A stretch of 64,000 nucleotides of DNA, taken from assembly GCF_009914755.1 (NCBI RefSeq), contig NC_060938.1. One strand, given 5' to 3'. Positions 16,976 to 38,812 of this stretch are shown here, piece after piece. This stretch comes from the human T2T-CHM13v2.0 reference genome, Homo sapiens. Under the pieces are notes generated by a model. It was not told the origin of the DNA. It did no database searches and saw only the letters and a program-made list of their open reading frames with translations. The translations under genes were made by a program, and so were the position numbers. The first letter of the stretch is position 1. Every line of letters starts with the position of its first letter.

Positions 16976-17168
16976 TCAGACATTTCTTTATAGCAGTGCA
17001 AGAACAGAATAATACAGTATATATATTTAACTTAGCATTGGCTGCCATCAACATTATACCACTTCACAGAAACAGGATCTGAGGCTCAAGTGATCATCCT
17101 GCCGTGGCCTTCCAAAGTGCTGGGATAACAGGCATGTGCCACCACGCCTGGACTTGTGTTGTTTCTAA

Positions 17169-17529
<361 letters not shown>

Positions 17530-20500
17530 TAACCTTTCAGATTTTCTCTTTGTCACTGGTTTGGGACAATTTGATTATGATGTGCTTCAGTGTGTCATCC
17601 TCATGTCTCTTGTGCTAGAGGTTCATTGGTTCTTAGATCTCTGGATTTACAGTTTTTCTCAAATTTAAATTTTTTCAGCCACAATTTTTTCAAATATTTT
17701 TTTCTTCTACTCCTCCCAACCTTCTTCAGGAACTCCAATTGCAAATATATTAGTCCTGTTGGTGCTGATTTTCTGTTCAATTTTTTCCATTATTTTCTCC
17801 ACGTTCTATTTTTGATAGTTTCTACTGCTACATCTTCCAGTTGACTAATCCTTTTTTGTATAATTGCTATTTTATTTTAAATGTAATTTAGTATATTTTT
17901 CATCTCAGACATTCTATTTTTCATCTCTAGAAGTTCAAGCTGGATCCTCCATGTCTCTACTTCCATGTTCTAGCTTCCCTTTACCTTCTTCTTGTGGAAT
18001 GTTATCATTACAATAAGAGTTTTAATATTGTTTCCTACTAATTCTGTCTATTTGCCATTTCTGTATCTATTGATCAAGTTTTCTTCTCATTATTGAGACA
18101 TTTCCTTTTTCTTCACATGCCTGGTAATTTTCAGCTGGATGGCAGACAACATGAAATGTATCTTATTGTGTGTTTGATATTGTTGGGTTCCTATAAATAT
18201 TATTGAGCTATGTTCTAAGATGTAGTTAAATTATCTGGAAAGATTTTGGTTCTTTGAGGGTTTTCTTTGAGGTCTTGTTAAGTAGGACCTTAGCAGCCTC
18301 GGCCTAGATCTAATCTTCCACACTACTGAGGCATTTCTTTTCTGAGTGTTCCATCCAATGGTCTGGGAAGTATAAGATTTGTCCACTGTTGCTGGTGGGA
18401 ACACCAAATAGGCCTGGTTCTGTGGGAGGTTCAAGCATTCTTCTTTCTGTTTCCTTCAGGTATTTTTTCCCCCCAGACTTGTAGTTTACACACATACAGG
18501 TGCTGATCAGTATTTAGCTGAAGACTCTGGAGCTTTTTTGTTTTGTGACTTTGTCCTCTTCATGCCCTGAATACTCTGCCCTGCAGAGTTTATCTGAGCT
18601 TCTTTAGTCTCCCTGGAATCCCAGCTTCATCTCCTCAACTCAGGACCATCACCAGGCTCAGCCTGTGTTCTCCCTCCTTTAGCTGTGGCCTAGAAACGGA
18701 TTGCCTTCTGGTCACTGCACCTGGGCAGTCCAGAGTCACAAGAAACCCCAGGCCATGTGGCAGAATGCCCACTGTCCCCACTTCACCACACTGTACTCTC
18801 TCCATCCAGTGCTAGCTGCAGCTACGCTGTCTCACAGTCCAGAATGCTAGCCAGAGACCAAGCTTTCTGCAGTGCCTTGGCTGGGGCTCACAGATAAGGA
18901 TGGCTAAGCAGTGCTCCCAGAAGCCAGCAGATGCCATCAATCAGTTTTACATCCTCCAGGCACTGAGAATCTCTGGACACCTGAAGTGTCCTCTCTTGCC
19001 AGAGCTGAACTCTCAAGTGAAGACTCCAGAAGGCCCTGAAATGAGGGCAGTCTTCCATCATTGCCTGTCTGTGGCCACAAGGACACAGACTCTTTCCATG
19101 GCTGGTGAGATGTCCAGCACACTGGGGCCTCTGGAAAGCCCCTTTTCAACTTTAGGCCTTAGCTGAGCTCTCCATTTACCTCAGGCCAGGCAGTGCACAT
19201 TATGGGGGACACCACTGGGTGCTGGGATGAGAATGGCACTTGGCATGTGAGCTAGGATTGAGAGCCCACCACTCTCTTCCCCAGCCAGGCGGTGGCCAGT
19301 TACCATCTCTGGCTTCTGTCCCCTTACCAGCCTCCTCTGCTACAATTGCATTTCTGGCAGGCAGTGGATCAGAGAAGCACCGGCAGTTGAGGACCGTGTG
19401 GAGAACCACTACTGGCCAAGCATTCCCAACCTGACAGCAGAACAGCAGTACAGCAGTGCTGAGGTGAACTTGACAGAGAACTTTGAGACCATGAAGGCAA
19501 CCAACACTTCCAACTCATCACAACTTGCCTCTCCCATAGATTTATTGTAGAAGAACTCAACCATCTCCGTGTCAACAAGAAATCGTCCTCACTCTAAACT
19601 ATCACCCTTGGATTTAGATCATGGGGCTGTCCTGTCTTTAGTATGGAACTGAAAAGTTTAATTTCCACAAAAATGTAAGGCTTTGGGCTACAGCCTTATT
19701 AAAACAAACAAATATGAGCATAGTGGTCTACAGATGGAATATGTGGGGCTCTAAACAAACTGTGACTTGAAAGTATAATCATTGTCTTTTTGTTTGTTTC
19801 TTTAGCCTGGTAGGACAATGTCAGAAATTTCCTTGGTCATACGGAATATAAAACATAGTTTGAACAAAAGCAGCAATAAAGCTACAAACTATTTTTGGTG
19901 TATTTGCTTAAGTATAAGATAGTTGATTGGGGCTTTATCATGTAACATTAGTTTGCTTAATTTTCATTAAGTTTGTTCAACTTGAATTGTGAATAAATAT
20001 ATGGCTGATTCATATTGTAATTAAACTGCACATTGACATAAACTGTACATTAAAAGTTGCTGCACATTGTCATCCAAAATAATACTTAAGTAAAACCAAA
20101 AATTCTATAAACCAGTGTCAAGGAATGTAACCTAAAATAAACATACAGTTAACATGGAATTGCAAAACTAGTATGGGAGAAATATTTACCCATAAAATCT
20201 TGTTTGGAACATTGATATAATACTAGAAAAGAATTTTTCTAAATAACTACAATGTTCAACTTTGACTGTGCATGTGTGAAGACCAGACATTTTGAATCAT
20301 TGCCCTGTGGTGTGTGGCGGTACAATTTTACAGAAATGCACTACAATAATTAATAAAATTATCTAATGGGAAGACCTTAATGAATAAGTATTTACACTAT
20401 AAATATTTATAATATTGGTGCTATTATTTCACAAAATAAAAAAGCTGTATTACAGTCTTTAAAAGCAAATAATAGCCTTACATTTCTAAATAAAGAAAAA

Positions 20501-21622
20501 AATATAAATTTTATGAAATACGGTTAAGAGTAATTGATAAAATAAAAATTGGGGCACAAATTATAGTTTGGATAGAGGTTGAAAAAAGTGGATGAAAATT
20601 TTAATGAGCCCTTTTTGCCTGCACTAAACTTAATCTTATAGGTAAACATTATAATATATATAGGGTACCCACTAGCTATCTAATTTACTTTTTACACAAT
20701 ATATAAATCCTAGCCTATTGGTCTTAATATTTGAACCTAAAATAACACACAAACATACAAGAGAACAAAATAAGGAAGAAGTGTACGGAGAGAGTGACAT
20801 TATCAAAGTGGTGGAATAGGGGGTCCCTACTTTTGTATTCCCCTGCAGCAATAAAAACTAGTCAGCCATCCATCAACCAAAGTAACTTTATGAGAGATCC
20901 AGGCACTGTGGCTCATGACAGTACTCTCCTCCATTCAGGAGCCTGAGGTGGGAGGACTGCCAGGCCAGGAGTTCAAGAACAGCCTGGGCAATATAGTGAG
21001 CTTTGGGATACAGGGCATTATGAAACCTTGCTAAAACCCAAGATCGAAAAGGGTCATTTTGAGAAGGCAGGGCTTTTGGTTAATAAGGTGTCATATTATC
21101 CAAAGCAATCTGTAAGCTAACTCAAATCCGTATCAAAATCCCTGTCCCACTTTTTATAGTAATAGAAAATGCAAGCCTACAATGTAGGCTGAATGACCAA
21201 GCCAATCATGAGGAATAAGAAAAAAGCTGGGGACATCATACTCGTGACTCACACGAAACAGTTCAAAAGTCACTGTTTGTAGATAACCTGGGGAAAACCT
21301 GCTAGGTACTCAGTGGGAGCCACACTCACCCACATATCTGCTATTAGGCCCAGCATATAGCAGAACCTGCCCTAGTGCCTGCTCCACAAAACAAAGCCCT
21401 GAAGATAATCCAGCCTGCCCAAAAACATGACATAACTCACAACCACACGTGCTCCTGGTAACAAGCCCACTAAAGGTAAAACCCACTTCAGATTCGGCAG
21501 CCAACTTGTGATGCAGCTACAAGCCTTTTTACTGCAAACCCAGTAAAGATCTCATCAGCCTTGAGACCCAACAGATGAAGATCTTTACCTACTAAAACCA
21601 GTTTATAAAAATTAACAGAGGT

Positions 21623-21935
21623 GGATGGGCACGGTGGCTCACACCTGTAATCCCAGCACTTTGGGAGGCCTAGGTGGGTGAATCATGAGGTCAGGAGTTC
21701 AAGTCCAGCCTGGCCAAGATGGCAAAACACTGTCTCTACTAAAAATACAAAAATTAGCCAGGCATGATGGTTGGCGCCTGTAATCCCAGTTACTTGGGAT
21801 GCTGAGGTAGAGAATTGCTTGAACCCAGGAGGCGGAGGTTGCAGTGAGCCAAGATCGTGCCACAGCACTCCAGCCTGTGTGACAGAGTGAGACTCCGTCT
21901 CAAAAACAAAACAACAACAACAACAACAACAACAA
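21623..21935 (+). mobile_element. Alu with (CAA)n tail
   Basis: Full Alu body. Confidence 0.93.
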
Positions 21936-21989
21936 ATGAAAAGAGGCGTTTGCTCCTTCAAATGTGCAAACACCAATGCAAGTCTACAT

Positions 21990-30260
<8,271 letters not shown>

Positions 30261-30289
30261 AATTAATGTTATGTACACATGCATATATT

Positions 30290-30392
30290 CACATAAGTGT
30301 GTATATACACATATATAAAACATATACGTATATATCAATTACATACGTATATACTTGTGTGTGTGTATGTGTATATATATATACATACATAT
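30290..30392. repeat. (TA/CA/TG)n simple repeat
   Basis: Alternating dinucleotide tract. Confidence 0.8.
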
Positions 30393-31528
30393 CAATGACA
30401 ATATCCTAGTAAGCTTCAAACTAAACAAGAGAAAACTATAAAATGATAACTATTTAAAAATCAAGAAAAAAATGGGTATTTAATACATGCTCAGCAATAT
30501 TCTAAGTTCCTCAATGGCAAAGTACATGTTTTAAATGTAGAAAGTAGATACATTAAACCATATTACAGTTTAGGAATTATGGCACAGAGTGTTTACAGTA
30601 TTAGCCTCAATACATACCAAAAACTTAAAATTTTGAAGTAAAATAACATTTCGTTTTATTATATGGGGCAGAGGCTTAGTGTTCTGATTAAATTATTGAG
30701 TATGAATTTCTGTAGAATCACATTTGAAACCTTCACAGGATATGAAATTATAAAGCAGAAAACATACGACATCTGGATGTGGTGTTTCTGGGATTTCTAA
30801 ACCAAATCCCAATATCTCCACTACTCTCACACATTTTAGACAAGACCCAAAATGGAAATTAGAAAATGTTTAACATAGAGTTCCTTAAAAATCACAGACG
30901 GCCCCATGTCCTCAAAAGCAATAAAAGAGCAAGAGCCAGGTCCTCCAGTCCCTTGTAAGCCATGCAAAGGGCTTTGATTTTCTTTGTAACCTAGAAGAAT
31001 GATCGTTGAAGGGGAAGTCCAGTCCTAGAAAATTGAAGAGCATAGGGCAGAAGATATCTGTCTCTAATGAAAGCAAGAGAAAGAAATCAGGGCTTCTCGG
31101 AAAAGATTTCCATTGGAGCATAGCTTCGCAAACCACACTTTAAGATCTGGCTTTTTCCTTGACCTTTGGTCATCTCATCTGTGTCATCTGCCTTATTCAC
31201 TCCCACCTATTTGGATGTTTGGCTACTATCTCCTGTCTCCTCACACTCTGGGGCTTTTTCTTTTACTCAATGTAGGTGATCAGGTTTAGCTTAGAGAACA
31301 GCCAAGGACTCTGTATTAGAAAAAGTAATATGACTTACACTGTGTTTTTCCAATTACTACTTAGTACTGTGCTCAGTGGAAAAAAACAGAACATTATAAA
31401 AGAGTCTAAAAATGTAATACCAAATACTATTTCCTCACAGAAATGTTATGATATTTAAAAACTTTTCTAAATTTGTGGGTCCTTAGCTCCATGACCCAGT
31501 GCTGCTGAATCAAAACTTCGTGGTGGTT

Positions 31529-31646
31529 GGCTGGGCCTGGGGACTCACACCGCTGATCCCAGCACTTTGAGAGGTCAAGACAGGCAAATAACTTAAGCCC
31601 AGGAATTTGAGGCCAGCCTTGGAAACATCGCGAGACCTAGTCTACA
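31529..31646 (+). mobile_element. FLAM/Alu left monomer
   Basis: Diverged Alu left arm only. Confidence 0.75.
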
Positions 31647-31809
31647 GGTTGAGGGTGGGGAGGAGGGGGAAAGGTGGTGGTAATGGGAGGTGGTAATGCG
31701 ATTATAAGGTGTGGGCAACCATATTTTGTGCCTCTAGATTTGTGGAGTTACCACTAATCTAAAATTAAGGATACAGATCAGCTGAAGAAAGAAAAAGATT
31801 TATGTCAAA

Positions 31810-33260
31810 ATGAAACCTCCTCGTGGGGGTCTGCAGCTGCAATACCGCCAGGTGGCAGCATCCCACCTCTTTCGCCTGGCTGCAGCCCCACCAGGAGCCC
31901 GGCTCCAGCCGGGGCGCTGCAGCAGGTACTAGACCTGGAAGGCGCAGACGCGGGTTTCCTGCCCTCCGGGGTGTGTTCCTGCTCCCCGGACCCCAGGCAA
32001 CTCAATTCATTCATCAAGCGCCCCCGCAACCATCCAAGTTGGGGCAGCAGGTCCCACAGTTGCCATCCAAGACCTCCGCTCCAGAACCCGTGGGCTGCTT
32101 TCCCCGGGGGAAGGACATTGTCTTCGCCAGCCACGAAGAAATCTGTCCCTGTGCACCCTGTTTCCCATTGCCACCAACTTCGTGTAAACTCTAGTCCCGA
32201 GGACACGAGAGAGACCCAGACCTGGCCCCATGGACACGCTCGGTGCCACGGCTTCCACCAGATGGACGGGTGCACTCTACAAATCTCGGGGCCCACAGCA
32301 CCAAGGAGACAGGAAGAAGCAAACAAAGGAAGGACCCTATGAAACGCACCCCCAAAGCAACCAACCAATCCAAGAAAAAAAAAAAACACGTCTCAGGGCT
32401 CAGTTGGTTTTCCCGCATGGGCGGCCCTGACCCCCTGTTCTAGCCTGGCCCAAGCACCCTCCACCTCACCTCGGCCTGCTCAAAGTGCCCTGTCTACCTG
32501 AGCAGAGCCTCCCTCTCCAAGGCTCGGTCTCTCTCGCTCTACAACTCCCTCACCCTCTCCCTTTCTCTACTTCCCCCTCCAACCCTCGCTCTTCTGTCAC
32601 CTTCTGTCTCTCTCCCCCTCCACTTTTCTCTCTCTCCCCCCATTTGTATCTCTCCATCCCGGTCTCCCTAGCTCTCTTTCAAGCTGTGTCTGTGTCTTGG
32701 TCTGTATGTCCTTGTATGTGTGTCCGTGTGTGTGTTTCCGTGTGTGTGTCTTTGTGTGTCCGTGTGTGTGTCTGTGTGTGTGTCCATGTGTGCTGTGTGC
32801 ATGCACCCGTGTGTATCTGTGTGTGTGTCGTGGTGGGTTTGCTCGTGGTAGTGGTGGGGTGTGTCTGCGTGTCCGTCAGCTCCTGTTTCCCGGGATCAGG
32901 CTGCCGAGGCTCTAGTGCCGGCGCGGGGCAAAGCAGGGACTTCCTGTCCCGTTGGCCACGGGCGGGTCCTCGTTGGGACAAGCGACGATGGTGTGGGTAT
33001 TGTGAGAAAAAGGGCCTGCGGGGCTGGGCCGGCTGTTTGCCCCTGGGCAGCCCTGACTGCTCTGGGTGTGTGGGCCAAGAGGGGGCCTTGCAGGAGGGGT
33101 GGCGAAGGATCCAAAACAATTTTTCCGTGGCAAGGCGGAGGACCAGAGGGGATCCCAGGACTGTGGGCCCCGGGCCCTGACTCCTCCAAGCACACCCTGT
33201 CTTGAGCCGGCCCGATGTGTTGGAAAATCGGGAGCTCGCGAGCCGGGGGGAAGGCCTGGA
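31810..33260 (+). repeat. GC-rich macrosatellite relic resembling the 5S rDNA repeat spacer (alternative: SST1/NBL2 class); no 5S gene
   Basis: ggatccaaaa...ggcggaggacc...gggccctgac...cccgatgtg...gagccggggggaaggcc (33107-33256) resembles the remembered upstream spacer of human 5S genes; internal (CT)n/(GT)n tract at 32525-32830. Confidence 0.55.
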
Positions 33261-34751
33261 GTGTCAGCAAAAGGGAGGCTGCCTGGTGGGCCTATAGCCT
33301 GGGCAAGGGACTGAGGCATCACGGCCTGATGACGGATTCCTGTTTCCTGCAACATGGGGAGTCTCGAAAATGGCCTGTTTGGAAACGAAAGGAGAGCGAA
33401 GACACGATGCTGCTTTTCCACCCTTCGCTGGGGGTTTCTGTGTCCCCACAGAGCTCGGGAAACAAACAGTCAACATGGTCACGCTTTCGGGGGCCAGAGA
33501 CACGTGAGCAGCAGGCCCACTTGCAGAGGGCAAAGGAACGTGGAATCCGGAATCATGGTTCACTCGGCTTGAGTGTGACTCCTGTGTGGATGGGAGTATC
33601 TGCCTCGCGCTCTGTTGCAGGCTCAGCGTGGGGATATGTCATCTGTGAACCATGTGGATGAAAAACGGACAACCATTCGAGTCTCGTCTCTGATCTTTGG
33701 GGAATTCGCTCATTCCTTGGGAGGTGGAATTCCTCTGAATCGCTCCCGAATGAAGTAACCCAGGCTGGTGAACCAGAGGGCCGGTGAGCACACCGCCGGC
33801 CGAGGCGGCTGTGGGCTGAGCACTCAGCCTGCACTGGGCACCCAACATTTTCCCGGAGTTCGAGGTCCTGCTGGGCCTGGAGGCAGAAGACCTCTTTTCT
33901 CTTTGCCTTCCCTTCTCTGTTTCTTGCTCCTTTTCTCCCTCTGTCCATCCTTCCCTCTGTTCTTCCTTCTCTCCCTCTCTCCCTCCCTGTCTCCCTCCCT
34001 CCCTCTGTTCTCTCCTTCCCTCTCTCCCACCATCCATACCTCCCTTTCTCCCTCCTTCCCTCCCTCCCTTCCTTTTTCTTTCCCTCCCTCCCTCCCTCCA
34101 TCCCTTCCAAGGTCCGTCCTTTCATCCGTCCTTTCCTCCCTCTGTCCCTCTCTCTCACTTTGTCTCCGTTCCTTTCCCCATCTCTGCCTGGCTTCCCTCC
34201 CGCCTAGAAAGGGCAGAACCACGGTTTGCACGAGATCTCGGGGTCTACATTTAGTTCCCGGGCGCTTCACGTGATGCCAAGGAGGATGGCGGGGCACGGG
34301 TGGGCGAAGGAGGGTGGAGCGGGGAGGTAGTGGAGTTGAGCTGCGAAAAGGAGAGCAGGCCTGGCCGCTGCCCGGATCGGTATTTCCCGGGGTGGAGGTC
34401 TCCACCTACACCACTGAAGAACGCGGGGGAGGGGGGGATGTACTGTGTGGGGGAGTGGGGGAAGGGATGAGAGCCCTGCCTGGGCTGGTCCCAAACCCTA
34501 GCCGGCTGCCCGCGGACCTGCGCATGCGCAGTAGACGGCCCATCTCTGAGTACCTGGGCTGGCTCTGAAATCCTTGGGATGCTCAGGAAAGAATGACAGC
34601 CCTCCTTTCTGTGGAGTCTCTCGCTGGACTTGGACTCAGGGATCCTAGACAGGTCAGCTGGAAGGGAAGACACAGGTCTCCATACTGAACCAGAGGTTCA
34701 CCGCGAAAGAGGAGCCACTGACCTGCCCCCACCCGGTCCCAACCCCGCGTC

Positions 34752-35734
<983 letters not shown>

Positions 35735-35859
35735 CGCGAGGGCACCTGGCTGGAATTTCACGGACAGACACAGACAGATAGAGGCCGGCGGCTCCCGTGG
35801 GCCTCAGTTGGCCTCTGTGCTGCACGCAGGTCCAGGCAGGAGTCCGACCCCGCCAGTGG

Positions 35860-35935
35860 CCCTTATAAAGACCCACCAGCTTCACCCCTTCATGAATATG
35901 CATGAACACCCAAGGGCCCTGGGTAACCCGCCCTC
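35860..35935 (-). promoter_or_regulatory. DUX-type promoter remnant: TATAA box, DBE-like element, GC box
   Basis: Minus-strand TATAA at 35863-35867, ATTCATGAAGGGGTG at ~35884-35898, GGGCGGG at 35927-35933. Confidence 0.65.
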
Positions 35936-36242
35936 CGAAGGGCCCAGAAACCACAGACACAGGGCCTTGTGTGGTAGGTGAAGGTGGGGCCAGATCGGAT
36001 GGGAAAGGGGGGCTTCTGGGACTGGCTCTCTGAGTTCTCCAGAATTCTACAGAAACTGGAAGTTTCTCTCTGGGTTCACACACGATTTCAGGGAGAAACC
36101 ACCCTGGAAGGGTAGAGTGTGGAACTGAACCTCCATGATAGTCTTGAGTTTTCCAGTCCCTCTCCCTGAAGCCGGCAATGCCTGTGGGTGTCTCCATTGC
36201 CGTGATAGTCACACACGCAGGTGTGTGGATCTCATTGATTTT

Positions 36243-38812
36243 TTTTATTTTCATTTTTTATTTCTACCTCTTAAAGTCAATGATAAAGTCATGAGTGTAA
36301 AATGAATGCATTTAAAAACATAAAAGATACGTTTCAATGACAAGAAATCTGCAATGATCATGAAAATCTACTGTACACTTTGCCAAGGTCAAAGAATGAA
36401 AGACAATATGGAAAAGCCAATCTTCAAATATATCCTTAACAAAAACTCTCTCCTACATAGTAAAAGCATCATCTAAACAGCAGCTCCAACCGAGAAAAAA
36501 AAAAACAAAAAAACAAAAAACAAAAAACAAAAACAGCAGGGTAGATGGGACAGATAACTTTCCCCAGGTTTTCCAGATAAAAACATGTGGTCACCAGGAA
36601 TTCAAGGTAACTTAAAAAGCCACGTTTAATTCAAAATAAAATGAACACTTCTGACAGATGACAGCAGTATGATACTGACTTTTTTCTTTCCTAGATACAA
36701 ATGATATGGGGCATTTCTTAACAGTTTAGTAATCGTCTAAGAATAACTGTAGAAATAACCCCAATTCCACCATCCCAGCCACTGGTATAAAACAAATAAC
36801 CTTCCATTGACACTGTCTTTCACATAACTACAATATCCTCACTTACTTGGAACAATTTCATGCTTACACATGATCACAAACACTTGTTTTTAGATGTTGT
36901 GGAATTATTGGAGCTGAGATTTTTTAAACAATATCTGAATCTTAGCAGAGAGCAAATAATCCTTTCACTATACATTGATTGGGCTTCCTTAACCAAATCT
37001 GAGCAACTGCTATAATAATAATGCTGGTGGTAATCCATGATACTCTCAAATTTTTCCCTTTAAGAAATATATAATCCATGTAACTCTAGCAAATATGTTA
37101 CACTGCACACTTTCTTAACAAGGAATGGCTGTTTTCAGGCCTTATTAGGAAAACAAAGAAACAAACAATGGCAGTTACTATCTGTTTTTTATCACTGATA
37201 AGTTACAATAAACTCAAATATGACAGTTTAATTGTGTGATATTAAGTGAAAAATGAAAACCATTATAGTTTTACCAAAAGAAACATAAAAAGTATGGGAA
37301 GAAGTCAAATGAGCATGGCATAAGTCCCAAAGATTACACTAGGATTCTGAACAGGATTTTCCAAACAAAGAGTATCTACATACAATTTCTGTGAATATTT
37401 CTTGTAGTAGAAAGTTCCAAAACAAATGTAGGCTCAGCCCTACCTTGTCAAAGATAAATATTCAGATAAATTAGAAGTTCCATCTGCTAAAGTGCATCCG
37501 CTGACCAGGTCTACCATGGCGCTGCTACTTACAGCCCTCTAAGAAAGTGACCTCACTCATGCTCATTCACTCGTTCTGTGGCCTATCAAGTGTCACACAT
37601 AACAATGGTTTTGCTTTTTTAAAAAAAACAAATACTTTATACAGTGAACTACAGAAAAAACAATTCTAAATATACTTTTAAAATTCTAGAGAGTTAAGGT
37701 AACCTCATTTTTTAAAATACTGAAAATGTAAAGTGTCCATATAAAGAGTTGTATTAAGTACATACTTCCTATTTTAATAATTCACTTGCTGTGCTCTTAA
37801 AATCTCTCTGAGAGAAGCAGATATTTTACTCGTGTATTTGGCAAGAGATTCAAAAGCAAAAGTAGCAGGGCTGTAAAATTCCATAAAATTTGTGGGATTT
37901 TTAAAAGCTAAATTATTCAATATTTTGTATTGTTATTGCACTCATATATTGCCCAGAATATATATACAGCAACCCAGCAACAGTGATTGCAACAAAAGTA
38001 AGGTAAATAGGTCTACAAAGCATTTGATTTCCTTATTAGATAAGTGAAGTTTTCATAGAGGAAGTGCAAATTCAGATCAGGTTACATAAGCTTAACAATT
38101 ATTCAAACCTTATATAAAATTAAATCTAACCCTCCCCACTACAAATCTGTAAGGAATCACTGTCAGGAATCTACAGGACTTGGCTCGTATTTACATTTGA
38201 TGCACACTTAGAAATTTCATAAATGATGAGATGCAGGCCAAGGGGATTCCTCAAAGGGCTCCACCCAAAAGGAAAAGAAAGAGAGTTAAACAGAGAATTA
38301 CCACTTACGTATTTGTGGGTAATCAGCTTATTCCTCAGCCTCTAGACAGTGAGGAGGATGAAAAAATGGAAGAAAATAATAAAGAAGAGGAAGAAAAAGA
38401 TCACAGTGAAGCGATGAAGCCAGAGAAGCCACCTCAAAATTTACTGAGAGAAAAAAATCATGAAGCTGCCCTTCCCTGAATCTTTAAAAGCTTACTTGAC
38501 ATATTTTAGAGACAAATAACTTAGATCAAGAAGAAAGAATGCCTACTGATAATTCCTTTAGTCTTGAAAATGTAGCATTTATTAGGAATTAAAAGAATTA
38601 TTTATTTCATCAGAGCAAATTATAGTGGAAAAAATATCACTTGTTACTGTCAGTAACATAAACGATGTATTGAGTGAATAAAAGAATCCCTTTTATAAAA
38701 TCTATTTTTCTTTAAATCTTGGAAAATTGTTGTTTCACCTCAGAGTGATTTCAAAGTGGAATGTGACAGTTGTCAAGACTTGTGTGCTATAAATCCTTTT
38801 CTGATTCCTTAC
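36243..38812. pseudogene. PCMTD1 retrocopy, 5'-truncated and 5'-inverted (3'UTR antisense 36243-38159; C-terminal CDS and proximal 3'UTR sense 38160-38812)
   Basis: VRNLQDLARIYI*..NDEMQAKGIPQRAPPKRKRKRVKQRITTYVFVGNQLIPQPLDSEEDEK matches the PCMTD1 C-terminus; TGA at 38198, frameshift ~38450; T-tract at left end; TSD ggatctcatt(g/c)atttt. Confidence 0.9.

Larger units (their letters stand above)
15385..17016 (+). mobile_element. MSTA-type solo LTR interrupted by an Alu and an L1
   Basis: LTR start at 15385, end aataca at 17016, TSD gtata; two nested insertions. Confidence 0.88.

Noticed and set aside
33260-33316. Possible 5S rRNA remnant (gggaggctgcctgg)
   Set aside because: Only a short weak resemblance; no box A/C or terminator context.
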